Positions 1 through 13,500 of a DNA stretch of 64,000 nt are shown in pieces (position 1 is the stretch's first letter; every line of letters begins with the position of its first letter). The position numbers were made by a program, and so were the translations under genes. The notes under the pieces were generated by a model. That model did not search any database and had not been told where the DNA came from. It saw only the letters and a list, made by a program, of their open reading frames with translations. The DNA is from Azolla caroliniana (lineage: Eukaryota > Plantae > Polypodiophyta): positions 22,878,001 through 22,942,000 of the forward strand of contig JBHGNT010000002.1 in the NCBI GenBank assembly GCA_043228905.1. The letters run 5' to 3'.

Positions 1-639
1 AGTTTATTCAGGCTACACCATTGATTTTCTATTTCATTCTTTTATACTTCTACATCATGCAATGTTTAGTTTTTCAAGATCTCAAGAAGCTTACTTAATG
101 GGTGTAAGATCACCTTGCAAAGTACCATTGAACCTTGAATATCAGCTATTTTGGGATTGGCATAAATATGCTTATGACTTGATGGAAGGGAAGTTTATAA
201 TATATCATTAAAATTGAGTCTAAAGCATGCTAATTTATTTGAAGCACACTAAACCATGAATTTCACCTTCGAATGAATCAAATAGATGAATTGAGCACAA
301 CGCAATGGAATTTGGTAGGTCATCACACCATGCATGTTCGCTACTCCTTTAGGGACTCATATGATGCACCTTCGCTATTTGGTAAATTGTTGTAAGCTAG
401 GGATAAACCATATCCCCAAAAATTTTGATATTTTTTCTAAAATCTTAGTTAGATTGCCAAGCAAATTATCTCTCTTTAATTAATTGTAATTTATGTTTAG
501 CAGCAACACACAAGTTTTTTTTTAAACTTCGTGGACAACCTAATTCAATTCAAGAAAATGCATGGATAATATATCATTCACGTGATACTCTTTCATAATT
601 AATGACTTAATTACAATAATTAGCTATACATTTTAGCGA

Positions 640-3535
640 AAAGTACTCGGATACCCCTGGAAGTTCGTCTATTTACCAGAATGCCCCTGGAAGTTCCAAA
701 TTTACCAAACTATCCCTATGTACAAAAAATTACACTTTATAAAGTAACTATACACTCAAATCTTATGAACACTATTATATATTAGAACAAGGACAAATGT
801 GTCACATTATGCCATGCATGATTGTAATGTCTTGCTACCAAAGATAGGGGGATATTTGTATTGAGCACCACATTGTGGTATCCAGACAAATTTTTGTTTT
901 CTTGAACAAGTACAAGGTTCATGAGTGAACAGGAAGAACGACACACACTCCATGTATGTTTGAACAATTTCACTAATTGTTGTATTGTGTAACAAACATT
1001 ACGTCCATGTTATTTGGCTATTTCTAGGAGATAGTAGTCATTGTGCATGGGGGCAAATTGAAATTGTGAAAAACTTTTCTTATGATCACAACATCAAATC
1101 CAATGCTCTTGCCTTGAACCCACAATTTCTATGTTTTTTAAAGCATCAAATTATCGAATCAATAAGTTGGGGTTGTCCTAAAGTATTGTATAAAACAGGT
1201 AAAAGTGTTGCCATGTTCACAACATGCTTTATCATGTCATTTTGTTTGTTTTTTTTTTTACCAAAAAAAAACTCCTTCTATTAGTTATAAAATTTTACAA
1301 ATGAGATATCATGTCATCTTGTTGCTCTATACACATCTCTATACATCACGCAAGCCATAACTATCAACAAAGATTATTGAAATCATAATAATATTCATTG
1401 ATATTATTCATATCTTGATTAAATAAGTAATGAAGATGATGAGGGAATTTGCTATAAATTAAATGCTTTTGATGTAGAACGTTATGTACAAGACGAGATG
1501 GATATATGAGAAGGATATTCATGTGATGAAAGTAAGTTATCTTAGTGCAATAATATTTTTTACTTGAATACTTGTAACTAACAGATCATATTAAAATGTT
1601 AATGGGTTAGGATTGAAATTTGGATACTTCCATAGGAGTATAATTAGATATTGGATGTTTGTATTTTCTCAATTCCATCAAAGAGCACATGGGCTCATAC
1701 TTTTCATACAACTAATGTCGTCTCATCACAAATAATTCCATTATTAACAATTGTAAGAGATGAGATATTTAATGATGTGTTCCGCAACCTTCAAGCACAA
1801 GACCTCATTATTTATTTATTTTCCAAAAAAATTCTACTTCCATTAGTTAAGAAAATGTACATACGATAGTATATAACTCATATGTTACAAGCCACTTTGC
1901 AATGGCCACAAGAAAACATCATGTATAAATGAAGCAACAAAGCCTCGTCACAGAATTGCTCGACAAACTCCCCTCAACATGAGCCTCACACAATCCACAT
2001 TCAGCAAAGACACCCTCCAATCTCTTCAATTATTAGCAACCATAAAATATGAAGCCAAAATTCATGAGCACAAGCATTGCTAATAGCTAATCAAGACGAG
2101 TGTGCCAATGAACTCCAAAATTTTACATCTTCCTTCACATAAAGATTTATACTTGTTACTAAAGAATAAATGAGCTTTTAAAACATTTCAATGTCCCATT
2201 AGAAAGCGTGAGAATGATAATACAATCTTTAAAAAAAATCTGTCAATAACAAAAAAAAAGAAAATATATTGATCTCCAAACTAAAGAATTAGACCGGCAA
2301 TGATGCTTCACATCCTTGGGTCGTAAGACAACCCCACATGTTTGCTTAATTTGTTCACATAGTCAAGGAGGAGCTTCATACAAAATAAACTATTTGTACA
2401 TTGTTTGAAAAATCCCACCCAAATTTATTTAGTTTCTCTGTACTACGCATAAAAAAGCAAGATAGGCAGCAAAAGAATTATTGGATACGACAATACAAGC
2501 CAACCATGGCTAAAGAGGAATGATCAACATTACAATAAGAAACATCAATCTTCAACACATGACATAAGAGTGTGTTTAAGTTGCGTTCATAATGTCTGTT
2601 ACAAACAATAAGTAAAGGCCAAAATGTAATCGTGTCATGAATTGTGATGCATCAAATGTTACTTTTTCTATAAGGAGGTCAAGCAAATGGTGAAAAGCGT
2701 TGGCTTCGTCAGTCTATTCCTCGCAACGAGTAAATGCATAAACATAATGGTGTCATGGTAAAGTTCATTCTACGATGACACACATTGAGTGTTGCTTTAA
2801 GTATAAATAGTTCGAATTTTATGTCACTATAAAAAGCATTCATTATTTTTACTTTGAGATCAAAACACCATCGTTTAACAAGCATTTTCCCAATGTCACT
2901 ATAAAAAGCATCTATTATTTTAACTTTGCAATCATAACACCACCATTTAAAAAGTATTTCTCCCTAAGAACTGGCTTTGCAAATTCACTTTCAACAAGAC
3001 AAGGGTTAAATGATGATGATAAAAAGAGAAACAAGGCATTTGACGTGGATGATGAAGATGTGACGGTGAAGTTTTCATATATATTTCTAAGTCAAAAAAC
3101 AATTATAGTTAGGAACACGCCTATGATGACGCAAGGAGGAAGTGGCCCGAGGTGGAACTACTAGCCCCCACGCTGGTTGTTTCCTACTCACTTGCCACCC
3201 TCCCTTCGTTGTAGGCCCCAGGAGTTGGCTCGTACTAGCCAACACTGAAGGGCACCGTTTTTAGCTATAGGTATCTACTTAGGTATCTACTTACATTAAG
3301 TAGTCAGTTCGAAAGGCTAGGTAAGTAGTCTCATTTTCTTGAACTTGATCAGGGGGAGATTCCCCGATTTGTGTATAAGCCTCCTTGTAGAGTCTCTTTG
3401 TAATAATCCTTCCTAACTAATGGGAAAGTAGCTTCATTTTGGGAAAAAAAATTTATAGTTAAGAATGCAAGGGGTATGTATGGTAAATACTGGAAACCTT
3501 TTGAAAGGGAGGGGTATTTTTGGTAATTCAAAATT
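640..3535 (-). mobile_element. Degenerate Mutator-like (MULE) DNA transposon
   Basis: Imperfect inverted ends built from TTTACCA...AT(A/G)CCCCT units (640-720 versus 3468-3535). Faint minus-strand transposase-like remnants YC..RHYERNL (~2590) and WGCLTTQGCEA (~2320). Confidence 0.4.
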
Positions 3536-3687
3536 TCCTTGACGACACACGCATGCACGCACGTTCCTCTCTCCATTATCGACTGTGTTTTTATAAATTC
3601 AAACCTTCACCACGATGGCGATGGCGATGGCGATGAAGACTCATCTTCTGTGCAGGTTTTTTGTTCCTGCTCAAGCATTCCATGGAA

Positions 3688-3723
<36 letters not shown>

Positions 3724-4627
3724 CTCCGCGTTTCATGTCTGTAAGTCAGTTCATTCACATACATTCCACAAATTGCCGTGTTTCGAATTTGAACTTTGAG
3801 AAATGATGATGGAGATGCTGCTTCATCTTCTTTGCGGTCTATGTCGTCTAAAAGTCTACTGCTTCCCTATCAGAATATCTGCATTTTACGTCAGCCTCTT
3901 CAGCACTTTTCAATTATAATCCCTGTGAAGTTACAGTTTTGAAATCTTATGATTTTCTTCTTGATGAACTCGATCGCCGTGCATATATAGAGATAAAACG
4001 ACGAAAACAATGCGATACTAGATAGACAAATCAGTGAAAAATCAATAATGATAGGTTTTCAATAAAAATAATGTAGATCCATTGAAGACGCTTGGCCAGA
4101 TTGGAAGATCTTGATCTGTACATACAGTTGTTTAACTCTAATGTTTTTCTTCTTGATAATTTAATTTAAGTTGATCAGTGTCTACTAGGAAATGGCTGAA
4201 CATTATATTAGTTTTCTTCACAGTATTAATACATTTGTAGTTTGGGGTTCGTTCTCATTAAAGTTTATCTCTGTATGTAGAAAATATCCACGGAATCGTG
4301 AAAATGGAGAGTTTTGAGGCAGTTCGAACTGCAGTACTTCATAGTATTATGTAAACTGAAGATAAGGAGAAAAGAAACTACCTGTACAGAAAAACCTAGG
4401 ACAATACCACAACTGCTATTCAGTGGGGACAATACACACACTCTCTCATAAACTTGAACTTTTATATTAATCTATATATCTAAGGAGTTATAGACACGAA
4501 GCAGTGCGTCTGAGGAAGAGATTAAATGGCTAAATAGAAGTCATTTTCTTATGTATTTATGTATATACAAACTCACACAGAAAAGCTCAAACTCCTCTTT
4601 TATCTTATTGATTGCTGTTATATATCC

Positions 4628-6208
4628 ATGGAGTGCAACAGAGATGAAGCAATAAGGGCACGAAAAATGGCTGAACATAAGTTTTCTTCACAAGATTATG
4701 CTTCTGCAAAGAAGCTTGCACAGAAAGCTCAGGCACTTTTTCCTGATCTTGAGAATATAACACAGTTTCTTGCAGTGATTGATGTTCATGAAGCTTCACA
4801 GAGAAAGATCCTTGGAACTAATGATAAAGACTGGTATGCGATCTTACAAGTTTTACCAGATGTAGACGATGAAACTGTTAAGAAACAATATAGAAAACTT
4901 GCTCTTTTGCTTCATCCCGACAAGAACAAATCTGTAGGTGCGGAATCTGCATTCAAGCTCATTGTTGAAGCTCTGCAAACTCTCTCAGATATGTCTAAAC
5001 GCAAAGTTTTTGATATGAAGCTAAGAAATTATATATCTAGCCATGTCTCTACACACAGTAAGACTGGTTCAGATGTTGGACAGCACTCAACTGAACGTTC
5101 TCATTGTCCATATCCATATCCAAATGTCTTCTTCAACAGATCAAATGAACAACGGTTTTGTCAGAAACAATCACACTCATCTTCTTCTGCTCGACAATCT
5201 CTGCTTCATCCCTTTGCTTTCTGGACAGTTTGTTCATCGTGCCAGACAAGGTATCAGTATCTGAGAAGGTTTGAGAACCAAAATTTGCTTTGTCCTCAAT
5301 GTAAACAGAAATTTGTTGCTAGAGATCTCTCTGAAAAGTTTGCCCAAGTATCAGGACAGACTACAGCTCAGCGAGTATCTGTGAAGCCCAGATATTCATG
5401 TAATGCTGTAGATAAGGATGAGATTTTGAATAGATTTGGCCATTATCAGAAACTAGCAGCTATGGCAAAGAATGGTGACGATGAGAACCAGAAAGATGTG
5501 TTAAATATATTTAGCAAAGTCAAGGATGAAGATGGGATTTTTAGAGAGTTTGATCTGCATCAGAAAGCTTCTGGCATGGTAATGATTGACCATAATGACA
5601 AACAAAAAACAAGAATGAAAACTTCTGGATATGAGATCTTAAGAGAAAAGCATGTGTGTGAAATAACACTGGATAACAATAACAATAATCATCATCCTCA
5701 AGAAGAAATGCATGAAAGTGAGGCTAAGATGGAAAAGGAAATGCTAAGCGTGAGAGAGCAAGAAAAGAAGTCAATGGCCATAGAGAAAATACAAATACAG
5801 GAGGCATTGGCAAAAACAAATATGAAGGAACAAGTGAAAGTGAAAGATTGTGTCAAAATGAAGAAAAAACATGGCAAGAAGCAAAAAGCTTCAAGAATTT
5901 ATGCAAAAGAGGATTGGAAGAAATTCAAAGGTGTTGAAGCTGAATGTGATGATCATAAAAAAGCTCATCTCAGAAGATCATCAAGGACGAAGAGATATGT
6001 CAATTACAACAATTCAGTAGATTCAAATACTGACGATGATTTCCAGAGTTTGCCTTCAGTGAAGAAAATGAAAGTTAAGAAGGCTGAAATAGGAATTGGT
6101 ACCACAAAGAAATCAAATGGTTTAGAGATGGCAAAAAAACTTGATAAGCTAGAAAAGAATGCCACCAGGAAGAACCATAGACTGCAAGCAGGAGGATTCA
6201 AAGTTTGA
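4628..6208 (+). CDS. Plant DnaJ (J-domain) protein with CxxC...CxxC zinc ribbon, DUF3444-family type, C-terminally truncated
   Basis: Single ORF starting MECNRDEAIRA. J-domain DWYAILQV...KKQYRKLALLLHPDKNK with intact HPD. FWTVCSSCQTRYQY...LLCPQC motif typical of this plant family. ATG at 4628. Confidence 0.88.
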   Translation: MECNRDEAIRARKMAEHKFSSQDYASAKKLAQKAQALFPDLENITQFLAVIDVHEASQRKILGTNDKDWYAILQVLPDVDDETVKKQYRKLALLLHPDKNKSVGAESAFKLIVEALQTLSDMSKRKVFDMKLRNYISSHVSTHSKTGSDVGQHSTERSHCPYPYPNVFFNRSNEQRFCQKQSHSSSSARQSLLHPFAFWTVCSSCQTRYQYLRRFENQNLLCPQCKQKFVARDLSEKFAQVSGQTTAQRVSVKPRYSCNAVDKDEILNRFGHYQKLAAMAKNGDDENQKDVLNIFSKVKDEDGIFREFDLHQKASGMVMIDHNDKQKTRMKTSGYEILREKHVCEITLDNNNNNHHPQEEMHESEAKMEKEMLSVREQEKKSMAIEKIQIQEALAKTNMKEQVKVKDCVKMKKKHGKKQKASRIYAKEDWKKFKGVEAECDDHKKAHLRRSSRTKRYVNYNNSVDSNTDDDFQSLPSVKKMKVKKAEIGIGTTKKSNGLEMAKKLDKLEKNATRKNHRLQAGGFKV

Positions 6209-7220
6209 TTACAAGATGACATTGACAATGTAGAAGATGCCAGAGATTATATGTTCATAACTGACCTCAAATAACAAGATGAGAGTAATAAATTAGAAGC
6301 TAGAAAGAAAAAAGCTTCAGAGGATGAAAACACAGGTGGCAAAGCTAGCAAATAATGCTATATGTTCATAACTGACCTCAAATAACAAGATGAGAGTGAT
6401 AAATTAGAAGCTAGAAAGAAAAAAGCTTCAGAGGATGAAAACACAGGTGGCAAAGCTAGCAAATAATGCTATCAGGAAAAGGCATAATTTTCAAACAGGA
6501 AGATTATGAGGCCAAATTTACCCTGGATTGTAAGATGACCAATAATGTAGAAGATAAAAAGCACAACATTCCAGAGTTGAACTTGAAACAGGATGACTGA
6601 TAATGTAGAAGCAAACGGTGCAAAGTCTCAGGTGGGAGTGATAATGCCACAATTAAAAGCACAAACCTTCAGAGGAAAAAATTGAGAATGGAGTATCAGC
6701 ATCTAGCTAGATTGTGCCAGATGCAGTTTTTCACAACTTTAATAAAGAGTAAGAAAAGAATGATACCAAAGTTGGACAAGTTTGGACTTTATGATGATAA
6801 AGAAGGGATGTATAGGTATATATATCATGAAAGTTGCGAAAGTTCAATGCTACCATCCTTTCTAAGTTCTGTTTGCTTGGTATGGGCTATGAAGCCTCTG
6901 TTGATTTGTGTGAATTGCTAGATTTGGGATTTTCTTTCACCTGTGAGCTTATGTTCTAGAAAATTCATATCTAATGTGAAATCTACAAGGATTGGGAATG
7001 ATAAAAGCTGTTTAAACATGCCAGATGTCTATTATAGAAGGTACAGGCTTTCACAACATTAATTTTTTGAAAACAATCTCATGACCCAGTTCTTTAATAA
7101 CATCCTTGGAAGTGTTGATGATTCTCACATTAGATGCCTGAACATAAGATGAAAGGTGATGAAGCTAAGTTATTTCAAAACATTGTTAGGAGCTTGATCC
7201 TGCTAAAATTCCACAGAAGT
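6209..7220 (+). pseudogene. Decayed 3' coding region (DUF3444-like domain remnant) of the DnaJ gene
   Basis: Frame-broken motifs: VPDAVFHNFNK (~6713), GQVW.LYDDKEGMYRY (~6775), SH..MP.HKMKGDE and ELDPAKIP (~7120-7212), with stops and frameshifts. Confidence 0.7.
6250..6471. repeat. 111-bp tandem duplication downstream of the DnaJ stop codon
   Basis: TATGTTCATAACTGACCTCAAATAACAAGATGAGAG...GCAAATAATGCTA occurs twice with one mismatch seen. Confidence 0.9.
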
Positions 7221-7538
7221 TCACTCAAATTTAAGGAATAAATAAGAAAAGATCAATTGACATTGTGGTGTGCATGTGTGCATTTCACAATATATTACAC
7301 TGAGGAGACATTTAATGAGTGTCATAGTAAAAACCCACAATCTGAGGAAACCATATATATGATCATTAAGCAAGGAGATAATTTCGAGTGTTTGCTCAAA
7401 GTAAGCTATTTATTATATAACTCAAACCTATCTACCGTCAAATCACATCACATTGGATATATGTATCATACAACATACAGATATAGCTGGCATGCCAGTA
7501 TACCTCTTGAAGAATACACATTTTTAACTCAATTATTT

Positions 7539-10500
7539 TCAGGCAGCAAGCTTGTTTATTACTTGACTTGCTAATTTCGAACTTTTATAATCATCTCGAA
7601 GCTCCAGAAACCTGCAGTACTAAATAGTCAATAATTGCTGCACATATATAATGATGATTTTTAGTCAACATGTTTCTCAAGTTGGGTGTTACCGTAACGC
7701 ATCTTTCCGTGCATTACGCAGACTTCCATCTATAAGAGTGAATAAACTCTCCGGTGCAACTATGAACACATTCACCAATCTGCATATGGATAAATATATT
7801 CTTAGTGTACAATCAATTTGGTGTATAAATAATATCATGCTATAAATTGAACTTAAGTAGACCTATATGAAGACCATTTTTTAAACTGAAGTAAATGAAG
7901 GCTTACGTTCCCAAGGTTTCAAACTTCTCATCAACTGCAGGGGCCTTGAAACTTCTGACAAATTCAGCATACTCTGTAACATCACGTTTTAGACGAAGCC
8001 CTCCGCTGCAATAAAAAAGACAATCATCAAGATTCAACCATTTGTTTGGTTCAGCACAATGCATCAAGACAAGAAAAAAGGGAGAACTTAGGATTCTCCA
8101 ACTGTTATTACTTACCTAGGATTAAAGGTAAACTTCTGCCAGTGGGCAAGCAATCCTTTATGAAGGTGGTTGCCCTGTTAAGATGGAAAACCAGTCAGGG
8201 ATTTATGTGATTTCAATAGTAGTTAGCACCCATATAATGACTTATTCAATACCATTTCTGTCATAAATGTCTGTTTATTTAGTCCATCCAAAGCTCCGTT
8301 AGCAGCTTCTACCATTCTAGCTAAATATGCAACAACTCTGTTGACATAAAATGATTAGGGATTGCAAAATTGTGCTGAAAGCATAATGATATTTTAAATA
8401 ATGACTAACCGTGTACATGCATTGGTGGGCCGATGATCTGGTGGAACTCCATAATCAGATGGCAAATAGTCTGTAATTTGTTGTTCTGCTAATAGGAGCC
8501 TGTCCACCTGTACAAATAGAAGGCTGATAGGATTAAAAAACCTGGATCACATTTCTAAAACTCAATTGGAGTACTATCTTCATCAACAGTGACATGCATG
8601 ACACCTATAAAGTGCATTTCCTTATGATTGTGGGTGTAGATGATTTTATTCATGCAGGAAATGCAGCATTACTAAACCTACACGTAAGATCTCACTCTTT
8701 CCATTTGGGAAGTGGCAGTAAATACCGCTATCATAGTTATATTTCAATACTTGCCTCAACCATAACAATGTCAATACATTGTTGCAATCCTTTCAAAGCT
8801 GCACCCTCAGCATCAGACATAGATGCTGCCATCTCTTCACAACATGCTGCATGTGCTCCATCAACAGGTAGTAGCAGACGTGCAATAGTAGTAATAAGGT
8901 GCTGTAAAACAAAAGTAATGATAAAAATAAACATTAGATATGAGACAACTCAACCATTCATACACAGGATATGTATTTCACACTACACAAAGCCAAAATA
9001 CGCATACATAAAGCAAAATTAAACAAAAGTTCATCAAGACCTGCTGAACCATAGCAACATTGGTTGTTGAGCGTTGTACGGCTACCATGAAAGCCCGGAA
9101 ACTACTCTCACCAGCAGCAGCTGCTGCTTCAGCCTGCATCAACGAAGCATGGGCACAGCACTGAGATTCCAAAATAAACCGCATACCATAGGAACAATAT
9201 CATATTATGTGGCATAACTAAATTTCAAAGGTTATACACTACTGACCGCAGATTGAGCAGCTGCAGCCACTCTTCTGCTAACAATATTACCAATCACAAA
9301 CCGTTCACGCAGCGCAGCAGCTTCCTTCAGAGCATCTTTAGCTCTTTCTAAGCCATCGGTTGTGTAATGACTCACCTAGATGTAAATGTCCAAAAACGAT
9401 CCTTCAATATCAGCACTTTCTCATCAGGATCCAAACTCATTCCACACTTACTTGATCGAGTAAACAGGTAAAAATGGCTCGCACATTTGTTGCCAATGGA
9501 GTTGGCTGGAAAAGAGAGAAGACTAATGAGCCTGATGGTATATGTAACCTCAAAAGCACCACTACAAAATTTACCTGTGGCGACAGTAGAGTACATCTTT
9601 GCACTGCCTCCTCATTCCAACGAACAAACTCAGTAACAACACTCGTAGACATAGGTTGCTGGGATGGAGTAGACACAGCCATTCTGATTCGACCCTGGAT
9701 GTCAACAGCTTGTTGGGATACCGCTGATCTCAACTCCATCATCTGCAAAATGTATTTGCCCATTCCATTCTCATACTCATTTGTAATATCTAAGAAACCT
9801 TATCAGTATTTTGCCAAAGGGTAGAAAGAAATCTATATTATGTCTTTTAAGAAGCCAAAATGGCCTATAAGGCCAAACAAGAGATTACATAATAATATGT
9901 TAATTGTGGTTTTTTGGTTGTTTGTATTTTACGGCTTTCTTCCTTGCAAAACATAGACTATCTTCAAGAAAAGAAAACCAAGGTAGGTTTTGCCTTAACG
10001 GTTTGACTATGTTTGGAATCAGTAATTGGGAATATAGGAGAAGGTACAAACTTTAATTGATGTTGACACTTGCATCCACTGAATTTGTTAAATCCAATAT
10101 TTTAATTTGTTGCCATATTTTACTAAAATAAACCTTAAAAGTATTTTATTTTATTAACCTTATGCTAAGGTGAGGGCATTGTGTGGTCTTTCATCCATAA
10201 CATGTACAGTGCTTCGTTGGGCTGAGAAAAATGAAGCCTAACTTGCAATGTACAATTTATAATGTTTATCGCATCAAACAATATCCTACATTGACCATGG
10301 GCATACTCCAAAAATTTGTGTGTACACACTAAAATAAAAGTTTCTTTCACCCCTTTACAGGCTCATTTTATCCATATCATAGAAAGAGCTAATTTAACCA
10401 TTAGCAATGAGAACACATATATACCTTGACTTGGAAAAGCTGATTGAGAGAAGCCTGTTCAATTTCTGCATATTCTTCCCTGTGTGTAGAAAATAATGAC

Positions 10501-13500
10501 TCAGCAAGACCTGTGAACAGAAAAAATAAGATTTGCGATTACAATCAAGCTATTAAATGCCTTAAATGCTCAACTATTTTTCCCATGCTCTGAGCCATGT
10601 TTTAATTTGCATTAGTAGCAATTCACTATATTGGAATGAAATATGACAGGTTGCATAAGAGAAAAAATTAAGTGCTGCATTGAAAATGTGTTTGTTTCTG
10701 GAAAGTAACATATTGCAGAGTAATTTCAATTTCAATTTCAATCCCTAGATCCAATATACCTTCTACATCAAGATCGCCACACCCAATTGTATCGAGCTCC
10801 TTTGCGAGTTCCAGTGTTTTCTCATATGCAACAGCTAAGATGCGCAAATACTGGAAAACCAAAAAGCATTTCAGAGAATAACTGCATAACTTTTATCTGA
10901 AAAATAGAAGCATTGCTGCTCCTCAATGGGACAAATAGTACCTAGAGGATACCACCTGTAAAAGACCACCATCTTCAATATGTGGTGGATTAGAAAGTGA
11001 AGGCTTCGGTAAAATCCTGTCCAAAATCCCACAAACTCGCTGCTCCAAGACCCTCTACATCCACCGATCATTGATAAAGAATTGAATTAATACTGTTCCT
11101 AGAAGCTAGAAATCATGTAGTGAAATGCAAAACAAGGCACGAAACATGTAAACAAAATGATTTCAAAATAGCACCTGCACAAGAAGAGACATGACAGCAT
11201 CTGGATAAGGAAAAACTGCAGCTATGGTGGAAGCTTCTTTTCTCACAGTGTCTGCCAAACGTATTAAGAAGGCATTTTATCGCGTGAAGCAAAAGCTATC
11301 ATAAATTCCATAGGTTTTCTTGTTTATTATTGCACCTATAATTTCTTTGTATAGTGAGGACAGTCCACGTGCTAAGCTTGCAGCAGTAGGTTGTGTGCCC
11401 TGTTCACCAAGCACTGTTCTGATGTCTGCATGCATAGCCTCCACATCCAGGAACATAGGACGTGATCCCACATATCTTATCATGCAATTTGCTCCTTTAT
11501 CAAACTGTAAAAAAAAAGTAACTGTTAACAAAATGAGGTAGGAAAATGTTAACAATAAAAGAACACCATTTTTTCTTTGGTAAATTACAAATCATTATTA
11601 ATTCAAACAAAGACAAAACCTGAGCTGAGATTTTTGCACATTCAGCCATTGTAGATAGTTCTCGTCTTTGAGATGCCGCATCAAAACGAGCCAGCAAGCG
11701 ATTTTCAAGTTCTATTTATTCATGCTAAAATCAGAGGACGTTTTTGATAAAAAGAAAGGTAAAATTAACTAATATCTGGGGAAAAAACCAACCATTACAA
11801 TACTCTTGAAGGTTGGCAATAGCAACCTCTAAACTCCGATTTGGAGTGGATATAGCTTTAACTGATTGATCACTGCTATTAATATCTCCTTCAGCAATAG
11901 AACCTGAAAATAATCTCAATTGCATACATACTCATTAAAGAAATACACACAGGAAGTGAGACATTAAGATGCACCATGTACTCAATCCTTACGAAGCTTT
12001 TGTGCAACAGCAGCAGCTTCAGCCACACGGCTATCATCAGAAAATAGAGGAGACAGCTCCAAAAGATCCCCAAGACTATTGAACTCCATCAAATACTGAT
12101 GACCATCAACAATTGTACATATAAGTAGCAAAAGAAACCAGATTAGACTACGAGGAATTTCAAAGGAAATGTTATCAATATATCATTATAGTTATGGGAA
12201 TTTACACTTAAGCCAACCAAAGTTTGAGAATTACCACATCATCGTTTCTTTTTCACAACATACATAGCAATTAATAACCAAAGAGCACAATTTAACCCCT
12301 ATTAATGCACAATATATTTCCTTCCAGGCATACTCAAGAACAAAATTAACCCACTATATTTCTTTACAATTATGCTATTTGTGTTCCTATATACTCTTGC
12401 AAGAAGTGATTCAGCATAGATGGGGAGTCAATCGAGCTCGTTAACATGTATTTTTAGATGTGGTCATCCTACAGCTCAGAATACCTTAATCAGCTCAATG
12501 GTCTGACTTGCAGTTTCTCTTTGAGCATCAGCACTCTGAATGGGCAACCAAACAAATCAAGTTCTATAATTAATAATTCCGAAGACCAATAACTAATTTT
12601 TTAAATTAATACCATTCCCATTAAAATCTTACCAGACCTGTAAATGATCACCAATCCTTGCAGCAGTCTGACCAACACCAGAAATTCTTGAATCCAACCT
12701 GCCAAAACTCTGGAATAGAGTATCTACTCCCTTCTCCAACTGCATGCAGCATAATTACATTATACTGTTAAGAAATCAAAAACATAAAAACGCTTTACTA
12801 AAATCAGCTTTAAGTTTCCTACAAAGAAAAGAAAAGAGAAACTTTTTATGTATATTTAGGGCTGCCAGAGACAAAACAGTTATACATCTGACTGCTGTCT
12901 GTTATGATAAAAAAACAGTATTAATGACAACAACGAAATCAAGAGACTAAAAATTAATGAGCATCAAGTGTCAACCCTCTCGAGTCTCCTACTTCTTTCT
13001 AATCATTTCCAATCTCTAAGAGATAAACGACTTCATTATCCAAAGATTAATACGTTCCTTAAATAAATGCCATATTCAGGAGCCCCTCAACCACACTATC
13101 GAAAGCCCAAAGCATATACGTTTAAGTGACTATCACATGCATCACACAATAACATGATGTATCTACATCAATGTGCTTTTATGGGACTACTTATCATCCT
13201 TCTTCATAGTCAAGACTTTATCAAACCATATTCATAAATTTGAGTGAGATTTATATCAAGATTATGAGTTGATAACATCATGAATGAAGAAAGCTGGTAT
13301 GACAAGTACTTGGCACTGAACAAAGGAAAAAATAAACTCATTGAATGGAAACCCCATTACCTCTGCCAAGGTTTTCCTGTGATTTGCATCATGTAGCGAA
13401 ACCTCCTTTCTCACTTTCTCCAGCCTTACATCAATCTGATTGAATGGAAACTCCTTAGATGCAAGACCATTAACTATACCAAAAAATAATAATAGCACAG

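Noticed and set aside
6206-6470. In-frame TGA/TAA stops possibly repaired by U-to-C RNA editing
   Set aside because: Such editing is known for fern and hornwort organelles, not nuclear genes, and frameshifts also occur downstream.
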